Assembly (NCBI GenBank): GCA_050013595.1
Contig: JBEKEY010000001.1
Span: forward strand, 10,044-74,043
Direction of reading: 5' to 3'
Origin: Thermoplasmata archaeon
Lineage (GTDB): Archaea > Thermoplasmatota > Thermoplasmata > Lutacidiplasmatales > UBA184
DNA: 64,000 nt
This document shows positions 8,426 through 17,069 of this stretch, one piece after another. Numbering within the stretch: the stretch's first letter is position 1; every line of letters starts with the position of its first letter. The position numbers were made by a program, and so were the translations under genes. The notes under the pieces are model-generated. The model was not told where the DNA came from. It was given only the letters and a program-made list of their open reading frames with translations, and ran no database searches.

Positions 8426-10116
8426 CGGCACCGACAAGCCCCCCGGCTCCGGTCGAGGCTCCTACGTGGTGGCGAGTCGGACGAAGCTACCGCGCTCCGC
8501 TCTTCATCCGACAGTTTCCGCCGGAAGTCCCCTTCGGGTTCCTCGGTCGGATCTTGCCGACGAGCGAGACCCTGGAGCTGTCGGTCGAGGCTCACCGGAT
8601 CCCTTCTTCGAACGCCCTCGAAATGCTGCACGGGGCGCGAGCCGTCGCGGAGGCGGAGCTCGCCAGCGGCGGGAACGGGGGACAGACCGCTGAGCTCGAG
8701 GTCGAGCGTGCAAGCGCGGAGGACTTAGGTCATGCCATCGCCCGGCGAACTCAGGAGCTATGGAAGGTGGGTATCCGCTTCGTTGCCTTGGGTCCCACTC
8801 GACCCCACGTCGAGGCGAAGAGGACGCGGCTTTCCGAGCGACTCTCGGCCATCGGATTCCGGTTGCGGATACCTCGGTACGAGGTTCGAGAAGCGCTTCT
8901 CCCGGCGGATCTCTCTGCGTCCGAACCCCGCCCCGACGGGTACTGGCATACGTTGCCCACCGACGGACTCGCCGCCCTCTTCCCGTTCGGGGACGAGACG
9001 CTCTTGGAATCCGGAGGCGTTCTGCTCGGACTCGCGCTTTCCGACGCGAGCCCGGTGTTCGTCGATCGGTGGTCGCACGCGAGCCACTCCTGGGGGATCT
9101 TCGGGACCACGGGTGCCGGCAAATCGTTCGCCGCGGCGTTGACCCTCCTACGGACTCGCTGGCAACGACCCGAAGTGTCGATCGCCATCCTGGACCCGCT
9201 CGGGGAGTATTCCGCCCTAGTCGAGGCCCTGGGAGGCTCTGTCATCCGAGTCGCGGACGGGGCCGGCGGCCGGCTCAACCCGCTCGATCCCGTGACCACC
9301 CGTGGGGATCGACGGGAGAAAGCGGCACGGGTCGGAACGATGCTACGCGCCCTCTTTCCGAGCCTTCGCGACGAGGAGGCGGCCGAACTGGATGCGGCCG
9401 TGACACAGCTCTACGACCGGGGTCCCGAGGTGCCGACCTTTCGTGACCTACGAGAAAGGGTGGTCCAACGGACCGGGGCGTCGACTCGACTATCCACCTT
9501 GCTCGAGGTGTTCCAATCGGGCTCCCTCAGGGCTCTCGACGGATTGACGACCGCCCGACCCACCGAGAGGGTCGTATCGGTCGATTTCGAAGGGGTCCCC
9601 GATGACCAGTTGCCGTTCCACCTCACCTACGTCCTCGATTGGGCCTACGGACGACTCGCCGACCGCCAGGGCGGAAAGCTGCTCTTGATCGACGAGGCAC
9701 ACCTTCTCGCGCGCCACGCAGCCACCGAAGAGTTCCTCGACCGTGTCGTGCGCCACGTTCGACACTTCGAGGCAGGTCTGCTGATCCTATCTCAGAGCCC
9801 GGAGGACTTCCTGGTTCGCCCGGCCGGTCGGTCCCTTCTGAGGAATCTATACGCTACCGGGTTCCTGCGTCTGCCCGAAGTATCCTCGGAGGCTCGTGCG
9901 TTCTTTGCCCTCACGGGCGCGGAAGCCGAATGGCTCCCTCGGGCCCGTCTTCCGCGGGAGACCGGCTACTCCGAATCGCTCTGGCGCTTCGGGGAACTTC
10001 ATCTTCCGCTTGCCATCGTCGCGTCGACCCCCGAGTACGAATTCCTCGGAGCGACATTGGGCCGTCACCGAGCGGCCGCAGACGAATTGAGTGCCGCTCC
10101 AAAGCGAGGTTTATAG
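8422..10116 (+). CDS. VirB4/CedB-like ATPase (HerA/FtsK superfamily)
   Basis: Walker A GTTGAGKS, ILDPLGEY, RLNPLD, Walker B LLIDEAH, RHFEAGLLILSQSPEDF. Confidence 0.85.
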   Translation: MTAPTSPPAPVEAPTWWRVGRSYRAPLFIRQFPPEVPFGFLGRILPTSETLELSVEAHRIPSSNALEMLHGARAVAEAELASGGNGGQTAELEVERASAEDLGHAIARRTQELWKVGIRFVALGPTRPHVEAKRTRLSERLSAIGFRLRIPRYEVREALLPADLSASEPRPDGYWHTLPTDGLAALFPFGDETLLESGGVLLGLALSDASPVFVDRWSHASHSWGIFGTTGAGKSFAAALTLLRTRWQRPEVSIAILDPLGEYSALVEALGGSVIRVADGAGGRLNPLDPVTTRGDRREKAARVGTMLRALFPSLRDEEAAELDAAVTQLYDRGPEVPTFRDLRERVVQRTGASTRLSTLLEVFQSGSLRALDGLTTARPTERVVSVDFEGVPDDQLPFHLTYVLDWAYGRLADRQGGKLLLIDEAHLLARHAATEEFLDRVVRHVRHFEAGLLILSQSPEDFLVRPAGRSLLRNLYATGFLRLPEVSSEARAFFALTGAEAEWLPRARLPRETGYSESLWRFGELHLPLAIVASTPEYEFLGATLGRHRAAADELSAAPKRGL

Positions 10117-10140
10117 GGGCCTGAGAGCCGGACGAGGGAC

Positions 10141-10638
10141 GTGGGCGCGGAGGCGACAGCTGATGGTCCGCCCCGCCGCCGAACGAGCTGGAGCCTGAAG
10201 ACGATCGTCGAGGACGTCGCCGGTCGACCGATCGGCGAGCTTCAGGACCCCGCACGACCGGTTCATCCGTATCTCAAGGGCAGGGACATTGGAATTCGGG
10301 GCGAATCGCCCGCTCCCCCACGGCCGTTGGTTGAGGCGTACGACCCGGTCGATCATCTGTATCCTCCCCTAATCGGCTCGGCCGCCCGCGCATTCCACGG
10401 ACCGGATCACGAGAACCACGCCGAAACCCTCGACCGGCACCGTCCACTCCCCGGCCACATTCCGGGGCCATCCCACCGACCGGAGCGGCTCTACCTGCAT
10501 TACTTGCTGCTGCACATGGACCGGTTGAGCGGGTCGGCGCTACGCTATCTCAAGCTCGCCGTCGACGAGGAACTCGCCCACCGCGCCGAGCCCCCGCCCT
10601 TGCCCTCCGAGAGCTCACATTCCAAGCCACCCTCCTGA
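10141..10638 (+). CDS. Hypothetical protein (His/Pro-rich, helical C-terminus)
   Basis: ORF 24 nt after the VirB4-like gene, same strand; no recognised family. Confidence 0.55.
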   Translation: MGAEATADGPPRRRTSWSLKTIVEDVAGRPIGELQDPARPVHPYLKGRDIGIRGESPAPPRPLVEAYDPVDHLYPPLIGSAARAFHGPDHENHAETLDRHRPLPGHIPGPSHRPERLYLHYLLLHMDRLSGSALRYLKLAVDEELAHRAEPPPLPSESSHSKPPS

Positions 10639-10725
10639 ACCCCTGCGCCCCATCGGGATGTCCCCCTTCGACGGCTGAACGGACTGCTCGGAAGAGCCCC
10701 ACTTTTCGGTTTGGCCCGTCGTCGA

Positions 10726-10747
10726 AAACTTACGCCGGCGTAAGTTT
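10726..10747. promoter_or_regulatory. Perfect 22-bp palindrome overlapping a TATA-like box upstream of the MNT gene
   Basis: AAACTTACGCC|GGCGTAAGTTT, running into TTTAATA about 40 nt before the ATG at 10787. Confidence 0.6.
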
Positions 10748-10786
10748 AATAGGCGTCCCGCCTGTGAATCTGAACAGAACACCACC

Positions 10787-11224
10787 ATGCAGCATGTCAC
10801 GATCCCCCGAATTCACTGCTACCGTTGCGTCTACACGTGGACGCCGGTCAAGACGCCGGTCCGCATGTGCCCCCGTTGCAAGTCGACGTTGTGGGACGTT
10901 CCCAAGATCCGACCCGTGAAGTTCGGGGACGGTCTCGGAATCGAGGAGATTCTCACGCCCCACCTCGACGAGATCCGGCGGCTCGCGAGGAAGCACGGCG
11001 CGGAGCGAATCATGGTGTTCGGGTCGGTGCGCCGGCGAGAAGCTACCGAGAAGAGCGATGTCGACCTGATGGTCCGATGGAAGCGGCCGGTATCTTTGCT
11101 CGACCGTGCCGGGCTCCGGACCGATCTCGAGAAGGCCCTAGGCCGTTCCGTGGACCTCGTTAACGAGGGAGGGCTTCACTGGGCAATCCAACCGCAAATC
11201 GAGGCGGAGGCGGTGTTACTCTGA
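10787..11224 (+). CDS. mntA: Minimal nucleotidyltransferase (MNT) antitoxin with N-terminal zinc ribbon
   Basis: GS-x10-DxD (FGSVRRREATEKSDVD), LEKALGRSVDLV; N-terminal CYRC...CPRC. Confidence 0.85.
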   Translation: MQHVTIPRIHCYRCVYTWTPVKTPVRMCPRCKSTLWDVPKIRPVKFGDGLGIEEILTPHLDEIRRLARKHGAERIMVFGSVRRREATEKSDVDLMVRWKRPVSLLDRAGLRTDLEKALGRSVDLVNEGGLHWAIQPQIEAEAVLL

Positions 11225-11574
11225 AAGACAGTGAGCATCGGGATCGCTTTCTCGTGGATGAGATGCTCCGCCATCTGGAGGTCCTTGCCTCCGTCGTCCG
11301 CAATGGGAAGGCCGCCCTGAGCTCGGACGCCCTGAATCGGTATGCCGGGGAACACGCTACGGAGTTGCTCGCCGAGGCCGCAGAGAAGACCAGTCACGCA
11401 TTCAAGACCGCCAATCCAGGGATGCCCTGGGACCGACTTCACCCGCTCCGTCACGACGTCGCGCACCCGTACGACCTCGGCGCGGAACCGGTTAACATCA
11501 ACCAACTTTGGGTGTTCGCGACGAAGGACGCCCCGCGGATTTCCCGACGTCTTAGGGACGCCAGGTTCCCATAG
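11221..11574 (+). CDS. hepT: HEPN/DUF86 ribonuclease toxin
   Basis: R-x4-H-x-Y motif (RHDVAHPY), PW motif; start probably CTG 11221 overlapping the mnt stop (alternative GTG 11254). Confidence 0.8.
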   Translation: MKDSEHRDRFLVDEMLRHLEVLASVVRNGKAALSSDALNRYAGEHATELLAEAAEKTSHAFKTANPGMPWDRLHPLRHDVAHPYDLGAEPVNINQLWVFATKDAPRISRRLRDARFP

Positions 11575-11610
11575 CACGGTAGCCTGTCCCGCGAGGGCCG
11601 AATCCCAGCG

Positions 11611-12438
11611 CTAGCCGATTCTACGACAGCGCCGGGCCCGAGCGCTCGACTCGAGGGCACGGTAGGCCCCGGCGTCCCATTCGACACCGATCGCGTTCCG
11701 GCCCGAACGGGTCGCCGCCCAGAGGGTGGTACCGGTTCCGGCAAACGGATCGAGGACCGTGTCTCCCAGAACCGAGAACATCCGGATTAGGCGTTCGGCC
11801 AGCTCGGGCGGAAAGGCGCCGCTCCGTCCGCCGGGGGAGTCCTGCCGTGCCCCCCGGATGTCGGTCCAGACCTGGCTGAACCAGCGGTCCCGCTCCGTGC
11901 GGGAGAACCGGCTTTCGAGGCGGGTCTTGTCATGGGTCGGGAACCGTCGGAGTTTCCCCTTCCGGAAGAGTAGGATGAACTCGCAATCGAGCGTGACGTA
12001 GGCGTTGGGCGGAAGGAACCCCGACCCGAGGAACGCGTTGGGGCGGTTGGTCGGTTTCTTCCAGAGAATGTAAGGAAGGGGGATGAGTCCGAGGCGCGCA
12101 ACGGATACGAGCGTCTCCGACGGGTTGGGCCAGAGTCGAAACTCCCCGCCCGCCGAGCGGAGAGCGTCGCCAATATTGATTGCCAGGATTCCGCCGTCCA
12201 CGAGGACACGCTGGCACTCGGTCCAGGCGTCGGTAAGGATCCGCAACATCCCGTCGTAGTCGGTCGCTCCCAGGGATCGAAAGAGCCCGTCCCACTGCGG
12301 GATCATCGGGTACGGAGGCGAAGTCACCACCAGATGGACCGATTCGCTCGCGATCCCGTCCAGCCGGCGCGCGTCGCCGTGGAGCAGCCGAACGGACCCC
12401 CGGGTCGGGTGCCGCACGGCGGACCGATGCCCTGGCAC
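11611..12438 (-). CDS. Orphan site-specific DNA methyltransferase (beta class, N4-C/N6-A)
   Basis: VVTSPPY precedes VLDPFAGTGTT; FPPELAERLI; start GTG near 12438. Confidence 0.88.
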   Translation of the reverse strand: MPGHRSAVRHPTRGSVRLLHGDARRLDGIASESVHLVVTSPPYPMIPQWDGLFRSLGATDYDGMLRILTDAWTECQRVLVDGGILAINIGDALRSAGGEFRLWPNPSETLVSVARLGLIPLPYILWKKPTNRPNAFLGSGFLPPNAYVTLDCEFILLFRKGKLRRFPTHDKTRLESRFSRTERDRWFSQVWTDIRGARQDSPGGRSGAFPPELAERLIRMFSVLGDTVLDPFAGTGTTLWAATRSGRNAIGVEWDAGAYRALESSARARRCRRIG

Positions 12439-12468
12439 GATTAATACGGCCCGCCCTCTCGTCGGGTC

Positions 12469-13773
12469 ATGCGGCTCGACCGACCGGTCCTCCAGGTCGC
12501 GCTCGACTTCGAGAACCTCTCCCGTGCCCTCCTCGCGGCGCGCGAGGCGGTCGAAGGGGGAGCGGACTGGGTCGAGGCGGGAACCCCCCTCATCAAGAGC
12601 GAGGGCCTGGACGCCGTCCGCGAGCTCAAGAAGAACTTCCCTACCCACCGGATCGTGGCCGACCTCAAGGTGATGGACACCGGCGCGTTCGAGGTCGAGA
12701 TCGCCGCGAAGGCGGGAGCCGATATCGTCACGGTCCTGGGGGCCGCGGATGACGACACGATCGCCGAAGCGGTCCGGGGCGGGGAACTGTACGGCGCCGA
12801 GATCATGGTCGACCTCCTCGGGGTTGCCGACCCGGTAGCACGTACGAAGCGGGCCGCCGAGTTGGGCGCGGCCGCGGTCTGCTGGCACGTCGGGATCGAC
12901 ATGCAGATGGCCGGCAAGACGCCTTTCGCTGTACTTGGCGAGCTCGCGAAGTCCTCGCCGATCCCGGTCGCGGTGGCCGGGGGCCTCACGAGCGAGACGG
13001 TCGCAGAGGCCGTCCGCTCGGGCGCTCGAATCCTCATCGTGGGAGGAGCGATCACGAAGAGCCCGAAGATGGTGGAAGCGACCCAGCGCATCTGCGAGGC
13101 CATCCGGACCCAAAAGGAGGTCGCCTCCGAGCATTTCCGACGGTACAGCGGCGAGGACCTCCGTGTCGCTTTCCTGAAGGTCTCGAGTCCGAACGTTACG
13201 GATGCGATGATGCGGCAGGGAGCGATGCACGGTCTTCTTCCCCACCTCAAGAACCCGACCGTACGAATGGTCGGTCCGGCCGTGACCGTGGTCACCCGCG
13301 ACGGGGACTGGGCGAAGCCCGTCGAGGCGATCGACCGAGCCGGTCCCGGCGATGTCATCGTGGTCGATGCGGGGGGCGCGACGACCGCCGTCTGGGGCGA
13401 GCTCGCGAGCTGGTCGGCGCACGGTCGTCAGATCGCTGGCGTCGTTGTCGACGGAGCAGTACGCGACCTCGATACGATCCTCGACATGGGCTTCCCGGCG
13501 TTCAGCCGGTCGGTGAGCCCGAACGCCGGCGAACCGAAGGGTCACGGGGAGATCGGCGTGGAAGTGACGGTCGGGGGCCAGCGGGTCCGTCCGGGGGACT
13601 GGATCGTGGGAGATGTGAGCGGTGTGGTGGTGGTTCCCCGTGAGCGGGCACAGGAGATCGCGAACCGCGCTCTCGACGTACTCGAGCACGAGAATCGGGT
13701 TCGCGAGGAGATCCAGCGAGGCTCGACTCTCAGCGCCGTTCAGAAGCTCGAACGTTGGGAACGGGTCGGGTAG
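12469..13773 (+). CDS. hxlA: 3-hexulose-6-phosphate synthase fused to an RraA/MenG-like domain
   Basis: LQVALD, EAGTPLIKSEG, ADLKVMDTG; C-terminal AVWGELAS, VDGAVRD, PGDWIVGDVSGVVVVP. Confidence 0.9.
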   Translation: MRLDRPVLQVALDFENLSRALLAAREAVEGGADWVEAGTPLIKSEGLDAVRELKKNFPTHRIVADLKVMDTGAFEVEIAAKAGADIVTVLGAADDDTIAEAVRGGELYGAEIMVDLLGVADPVARTKRAAELGAAAVCWHVGIDMQMAGKTPFAVLGELAKSSPIPVAVAGGLTSETVAEAVRSGARILIVGGAITKSPKMVEATQRICEAIRTQKEVASEHFRRYSGEDLRVAFLKVSSPNVTDAMMRQGAMHGLLPHLKNPTVRMVGPAVTVVTRDGDWAKPVEAIDRAGPGDVIVVDAGGATTAVWGELASWSAHGRQIAGVVVDGAVRDLDTILDMGFPAFSRSVSPNAGEPKGHGEIGVEVTVGGQRVRPGDWIVGDVSGVVVVPRERAQEIANRALDVLEHENRVREEIQRGSTLSAVQKLERWERVG

Positions 13774-13805
13774 CTATCGGTTGTTGGCCCCGAGAGGGAC
13801 CCCCC

Positions 13806-14603
13806 CTAGGGTGCGTTCAACGCCTTCAGGACCTGGGACTGGGCCCAGAGAGAGTTCTCCCGTGAACGAGTTCTCGCCTGCTGGTGCCGGTGGGGTCCCT
13901 CCCATTTCAGGGTCCAGGAGAACGGATACTCGACTTCCCAGAGCACGAGGCCCTCGGCCTCCGCCATGGGCAACGCCAGGCGGGTTTGGCCCTTCAGTGC
14001 CGCCTCGAGCTTTGCGAGGGTCACACGTCCGTCATCATATTCTCGGAGCGCCGCGACGATCTTGCGGACCATCCCCCACACGAACGAGGGGGCGCGAATC
14101 TCCACTACGAGACCGGCGTCCGCCGCGATGACGGTGACCGATTCCACCGACCTTACGGCGGGCGTTCCTGCCGGAAGACCGCGCCCGAAGGACCGGACGT
14201 CGATCGGCCCCGAGAAGAGTCGAGCCGCCCGCTCCCACCGTTTGGGATCGTGCGCTCCCAGGGGTTCGAAGTAGCGATAGGTCCGTCGCAAGGCCCGTCG
14301 CACTCGAAACTCCTCCGCGACCGGGGTCGCGGCCGAGAAGGTCAGTTCTGTGGAGATGCCGTTGAGGGAGCGCAGTAGGACATCGCTCGCCAACTCCGTC
14401 GACAGCACCAGAGCGTTCGCTCGCGCGCTCACCCCTCGGTCGGTCCGGCTGGCTACCGCGAGACCCGCTGCTTCGGCGGTCGGAACCACCCCGACTCGGA
14501 CCAAGCCGCGAAGAAGCTCGCCTTCGACGGTCCGGAGCCCGGGTTGGCGGGCCCAACCGGCGAACGGACGGCCGTCGTAGCCGAATCGAACGAGCCAGCG
14601 CAT
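13806..14603 (-). CDS. truA: tRNA pseudouridine(38-40) synthase
   Basis: YDGRPFAGWARQP, ASRTDRGVSA, RTYRY, FVWGMVRKIV. Confidence 0.92.
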   Translation of the reverse strand: MRWLVRFGYDGRPFAGWARQPGLRTVEGELLRGLVRVGVVPTAEAAGLAVASRTDRGVSARANALVLSTELASDVLLRSLNGISTELTFSAATPVAEEFRVRRALRRTYRYFEPLGAHDPKRWERAARLFSGPIDVRSFGRGLPAGTPAVRSVESVTVIAADAGLVVEIRAPSFVWGMVRKIVAALREYDDGRVTLAKLEAALKGQTRLALPMAEAEGLVLWEVEYPFSWTLKWEGPHRHQQARTRSRENSLWAQSQVLKALNAP

Positions 14604-14846
14604 CTGCGATCTTCCCTCGACCCAACCGATGGTCGAAGCCGCCGGAGCGAAGAAAGTTGCTTGACAACCGCTGTCAGATAGACCACTATTGTCACCTATA
14701 TATTCTACGGCAGATTAGTATAAGTCACTAGTAAAGTTAGTTCGGTTGATGTCGACCGGGACGGGGGTTGCGCCGCCGAACGGGCTCTCCCTCGACGGAC
14801 GACGATACCCGAACGAGTCCGTAAACACAGGAACGGCAGGAGAACA

Positions 14847-16058
14847 ATGAGTAGCAACCAGGCAGGAATGATTTCGCCAGCACCGAGCCAATCGGACACG
14901 ACGATTCAGCGCAAGAAAGGTGGTCGCGGTACCATGATCGCGGTAGTCGCAGTCGTGGTCGTGGTCATCCTCATCTTGGTCGTGGGGTACTCCGCGGGGT
15001 GGTTCAACAGCCCCACTAAGTCGACCTCCACAACCTGCTCCTCGGGAGCGACGCTGAACGGAGCCGGGTCGACGTTGGTCGCGCCGTTGATGGTCGCCTG
15101 GTCTCTCGCCTACACCGCGAGCACCGTGAACTACGCGAGCGTCGGTAGCGGCGCCGGTATCACGGACATCACGTCGAAGACCGTCGACTACGGTGCCTCG
15201 GATGCTCCGTTGAACCCCGCGCAGCGGACGGCAATTCCCTCCCCCGGAGTGGTCACGATCCCGGAATCGGTCGGTGGCGTCGTCCCCATCTATAATCTGC
15301 CCACCGGGGGAGCCGCGTTGAAGTTCACGGGCGAGATCCTCGCCGCGATCTACCTCGGAGACATCACCAACTGGAACAATACCGCGCTCCAGACGGTAAA
15401 TCCGGGAGTTACACTCCCGAACGCCGCGATCGTGGTCGTCCACCGGTCGGACGGGAGCGGCACGACCTTCGTCTGGTCGAGCTTCCTCTCGAAGTCCAAC
15501 AGCACCTGGAGCACCACCCTCGGCCACGCCACGACCATCAACTGGCCGGTCGGTGTCGGGTCCAAGGGGAACTCGGGCGTGACGACGACCGTGAAGAGCA
15601 CCACGGATTCCATCGGGTACGTCGATATCAACTACGCACTGACGAACAGTGTCGCATACGGGTCGGTCCAGAATCCGACGGGCAACTACATCGTGGCCAA
15701 CGAAACGAACATCGCGTCGGCGGTCAAAGACTCGAACCCGGTGTTCCCCGCGGCCACGGGCGACTGGTACAACTTCTCGGTGCTGAACGCCCCGGGCGCG
15801 CTTGACTACCCAATCGCGACATTCACCTATGTGTTCGTGTATACGGACCTCGGTGTGGCCTACGGCTCCGCGATGTCGAAGAACACGGCCCAGAACCTGG
15901 TGGACTTCCTGGCCTGGATGGTCAGCCCCGTGGGACAGTCGTACGCTCCTGGGCTCTACTACATCCAGCTCTCGGCCGCGGCGTCGGCGTCTGACCTGGC
16001 CACCATCAACTCGATTACGTACAACGGGGCCCAGCTCACGGTCTGCGTGCCGAGTTAA
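14847..16058 (+). CDS. pstS: Phosphate ABC transporter substrate-binding protein
   Basis: GAGSTL, GSGAGI, YGASDAPL, HRSDGSGTT, YPIATFTY; N-terminal TM anchor. Confidence 0.95.
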   Translation: MSSNQAGMISPAPSQSDTTIQRKKGGRGTMIAVVAVVVVVILILVVGYSAGWFNSPTKSTSTTCSSGATLNGAGSTLVAPLMVAWSLAYTASTVNYASVGSGAGITDITSKTVDYGASDAPLNPAQRTAIPSPGVVTIPESVGGVVPIYNLPTGGAALKFTGEILAAIYLGDITNWNNTALQTVNPGVTLPNAAIVVVHRSDGSGTTFVWSSFLSKSNSTWSTTLGHATTINWPVGVGSKGNSGVTTTVKSTTDSIGYVDINYALTNSVAYGSVQNPTGNYIVANETNIASAVKDSNPVFPAATGDWYNFSVLNAPGALDYPIATFTYVFVYTDLGVAYGSAMSKNTAQNLVDFLAWMVSPVGQSYAPGLYYIQLSAAASASDLATINSITYNGAQLTVCVPS

Positions 16059-16097
16059 CGGAGAGCAGTTCACAACCCGTGCCCGGGATATCGGGAA

Positions 16098-17069
16098 ATG
16101 ACTGAGCCAACCCCTTCCACCCCATCCCCGTCGCGCATGCCCCCGCGGGTCTCGAAGTTGGGGGATCGCATCTTTCTGGTCCTGACCATCATCGCGACCG
16201 CCGCGATCGTCGTGTTGATGGTCGCACTGTTTATTGTCCTGATCTACGGTTCGAGGGCGGCTATCCAGACGATCGGCTGGTCGTTTCTCTACACCAAGGT
16301 CTGGAACCCGGAAGGGAACGTATACGGAATCCTACCGTTCCTCTTCGGGACCCTTGTCACGAGCGCCATCGCCCTCGTGATCGCCATCCCGCTCGGGTTG
16401 GGAGCGGCCATCTTCCTGACGCAACAGGCGCCTGCGTGGCTAAGGGCGCCGGTCGGGCAGCTAATCGAACTGCTGGCTGCGATTCCGTCGATCATCTACG
16501 GGTTCTGGGGGCTCATCGTCCTCGTGCCAATTATGCAAACAGTGATCAATCCCTGGCTTGCCAATTACCTCGGCTGGACGGGCTTGTTCCCGAAGGGGGC
16601 CATCGGACTCAATCTGTTGACGGCGAGTCTGGTTCTTTCCGTCATGGCGATCCCGACGATCACGGCGATTAGCCGGGACTCGATCGCCGCCGTTCCTCGA
16701 AGCCAGAAGGAGGCAGCGCTCGCCATCGGTGGGACCGAATGGGAGGTCACGAGGCATGCCGTACTTCCCTACGCGCGCAGCGGCATCATCGCGGGCATCG
16801 TTCTCGGGCTGGGTCGCGCGCTCGGAGAGACGATGGCGGTCACGCTGACGATCGGAAACAGCAACACATTCCCGACCTCTCTCCTCTCCCAGGGGCAGAC
16901 GATCTCAAGCCTCATCGCGAACGATTTTTTTGAACAGGGGAGCCAGCTCGAGATCCCGGCACTCCTCGAGGCTGCCCTGATCCTCCTTGTAATCACCCTC
17001 TCCATCAACCTCGGCGCCCGAGTCATCCTCCTCCGTTTCCAGGCCGGCCGAGGAGTGGGGGCCGAATGA
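16098..17069 (+). CDS. pstC: Phosphate ABC transporter permease
   Basis: [32 protein letters not shown]. Confidence 0.95.
   Translation: MTEPTPSTPSPSRMPPRVSKLGDRIFLVLTIIATAAIVVLMVALFIVLIYGSRAAIQTIGWSFLYTKVWNPEGNVYGILPFLFGTLVTSAIALVIAIPLGLGAAIFLTQQAPAWLRAPVGQLIELLAAIPSIIYGFWGLIVLVPIMQTVINPWLANYLGWTGLFPKGAIGLNLLTASLVLSVMAIPTITAISRDSIAAVPRSQKEAALAIGGTEWEVTRHAVLPYARSGIIAGIVLGLGRALGETMAVTLTIGNSNTFPTSLLSQGQTISSLIANDFFEQGSQLEIPALLEAALILLVITLSINLGARVILLRFQAGRGVGAE

Noticed and set aside
3481..12438. Complete conjugative element or provirus
   Set aside because: No integrase, relaxase, replication or capsid gene, and no flanking att repeats seen
11611..12438. Restriction-modification system
   Set aside because: No endonuclease or specificity gene adjacent
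12439..13689. 692-aa version of the methyltransferase ORF
   Set aside because: The extension is antisense to hxlA; MTase homology begins only near 12438
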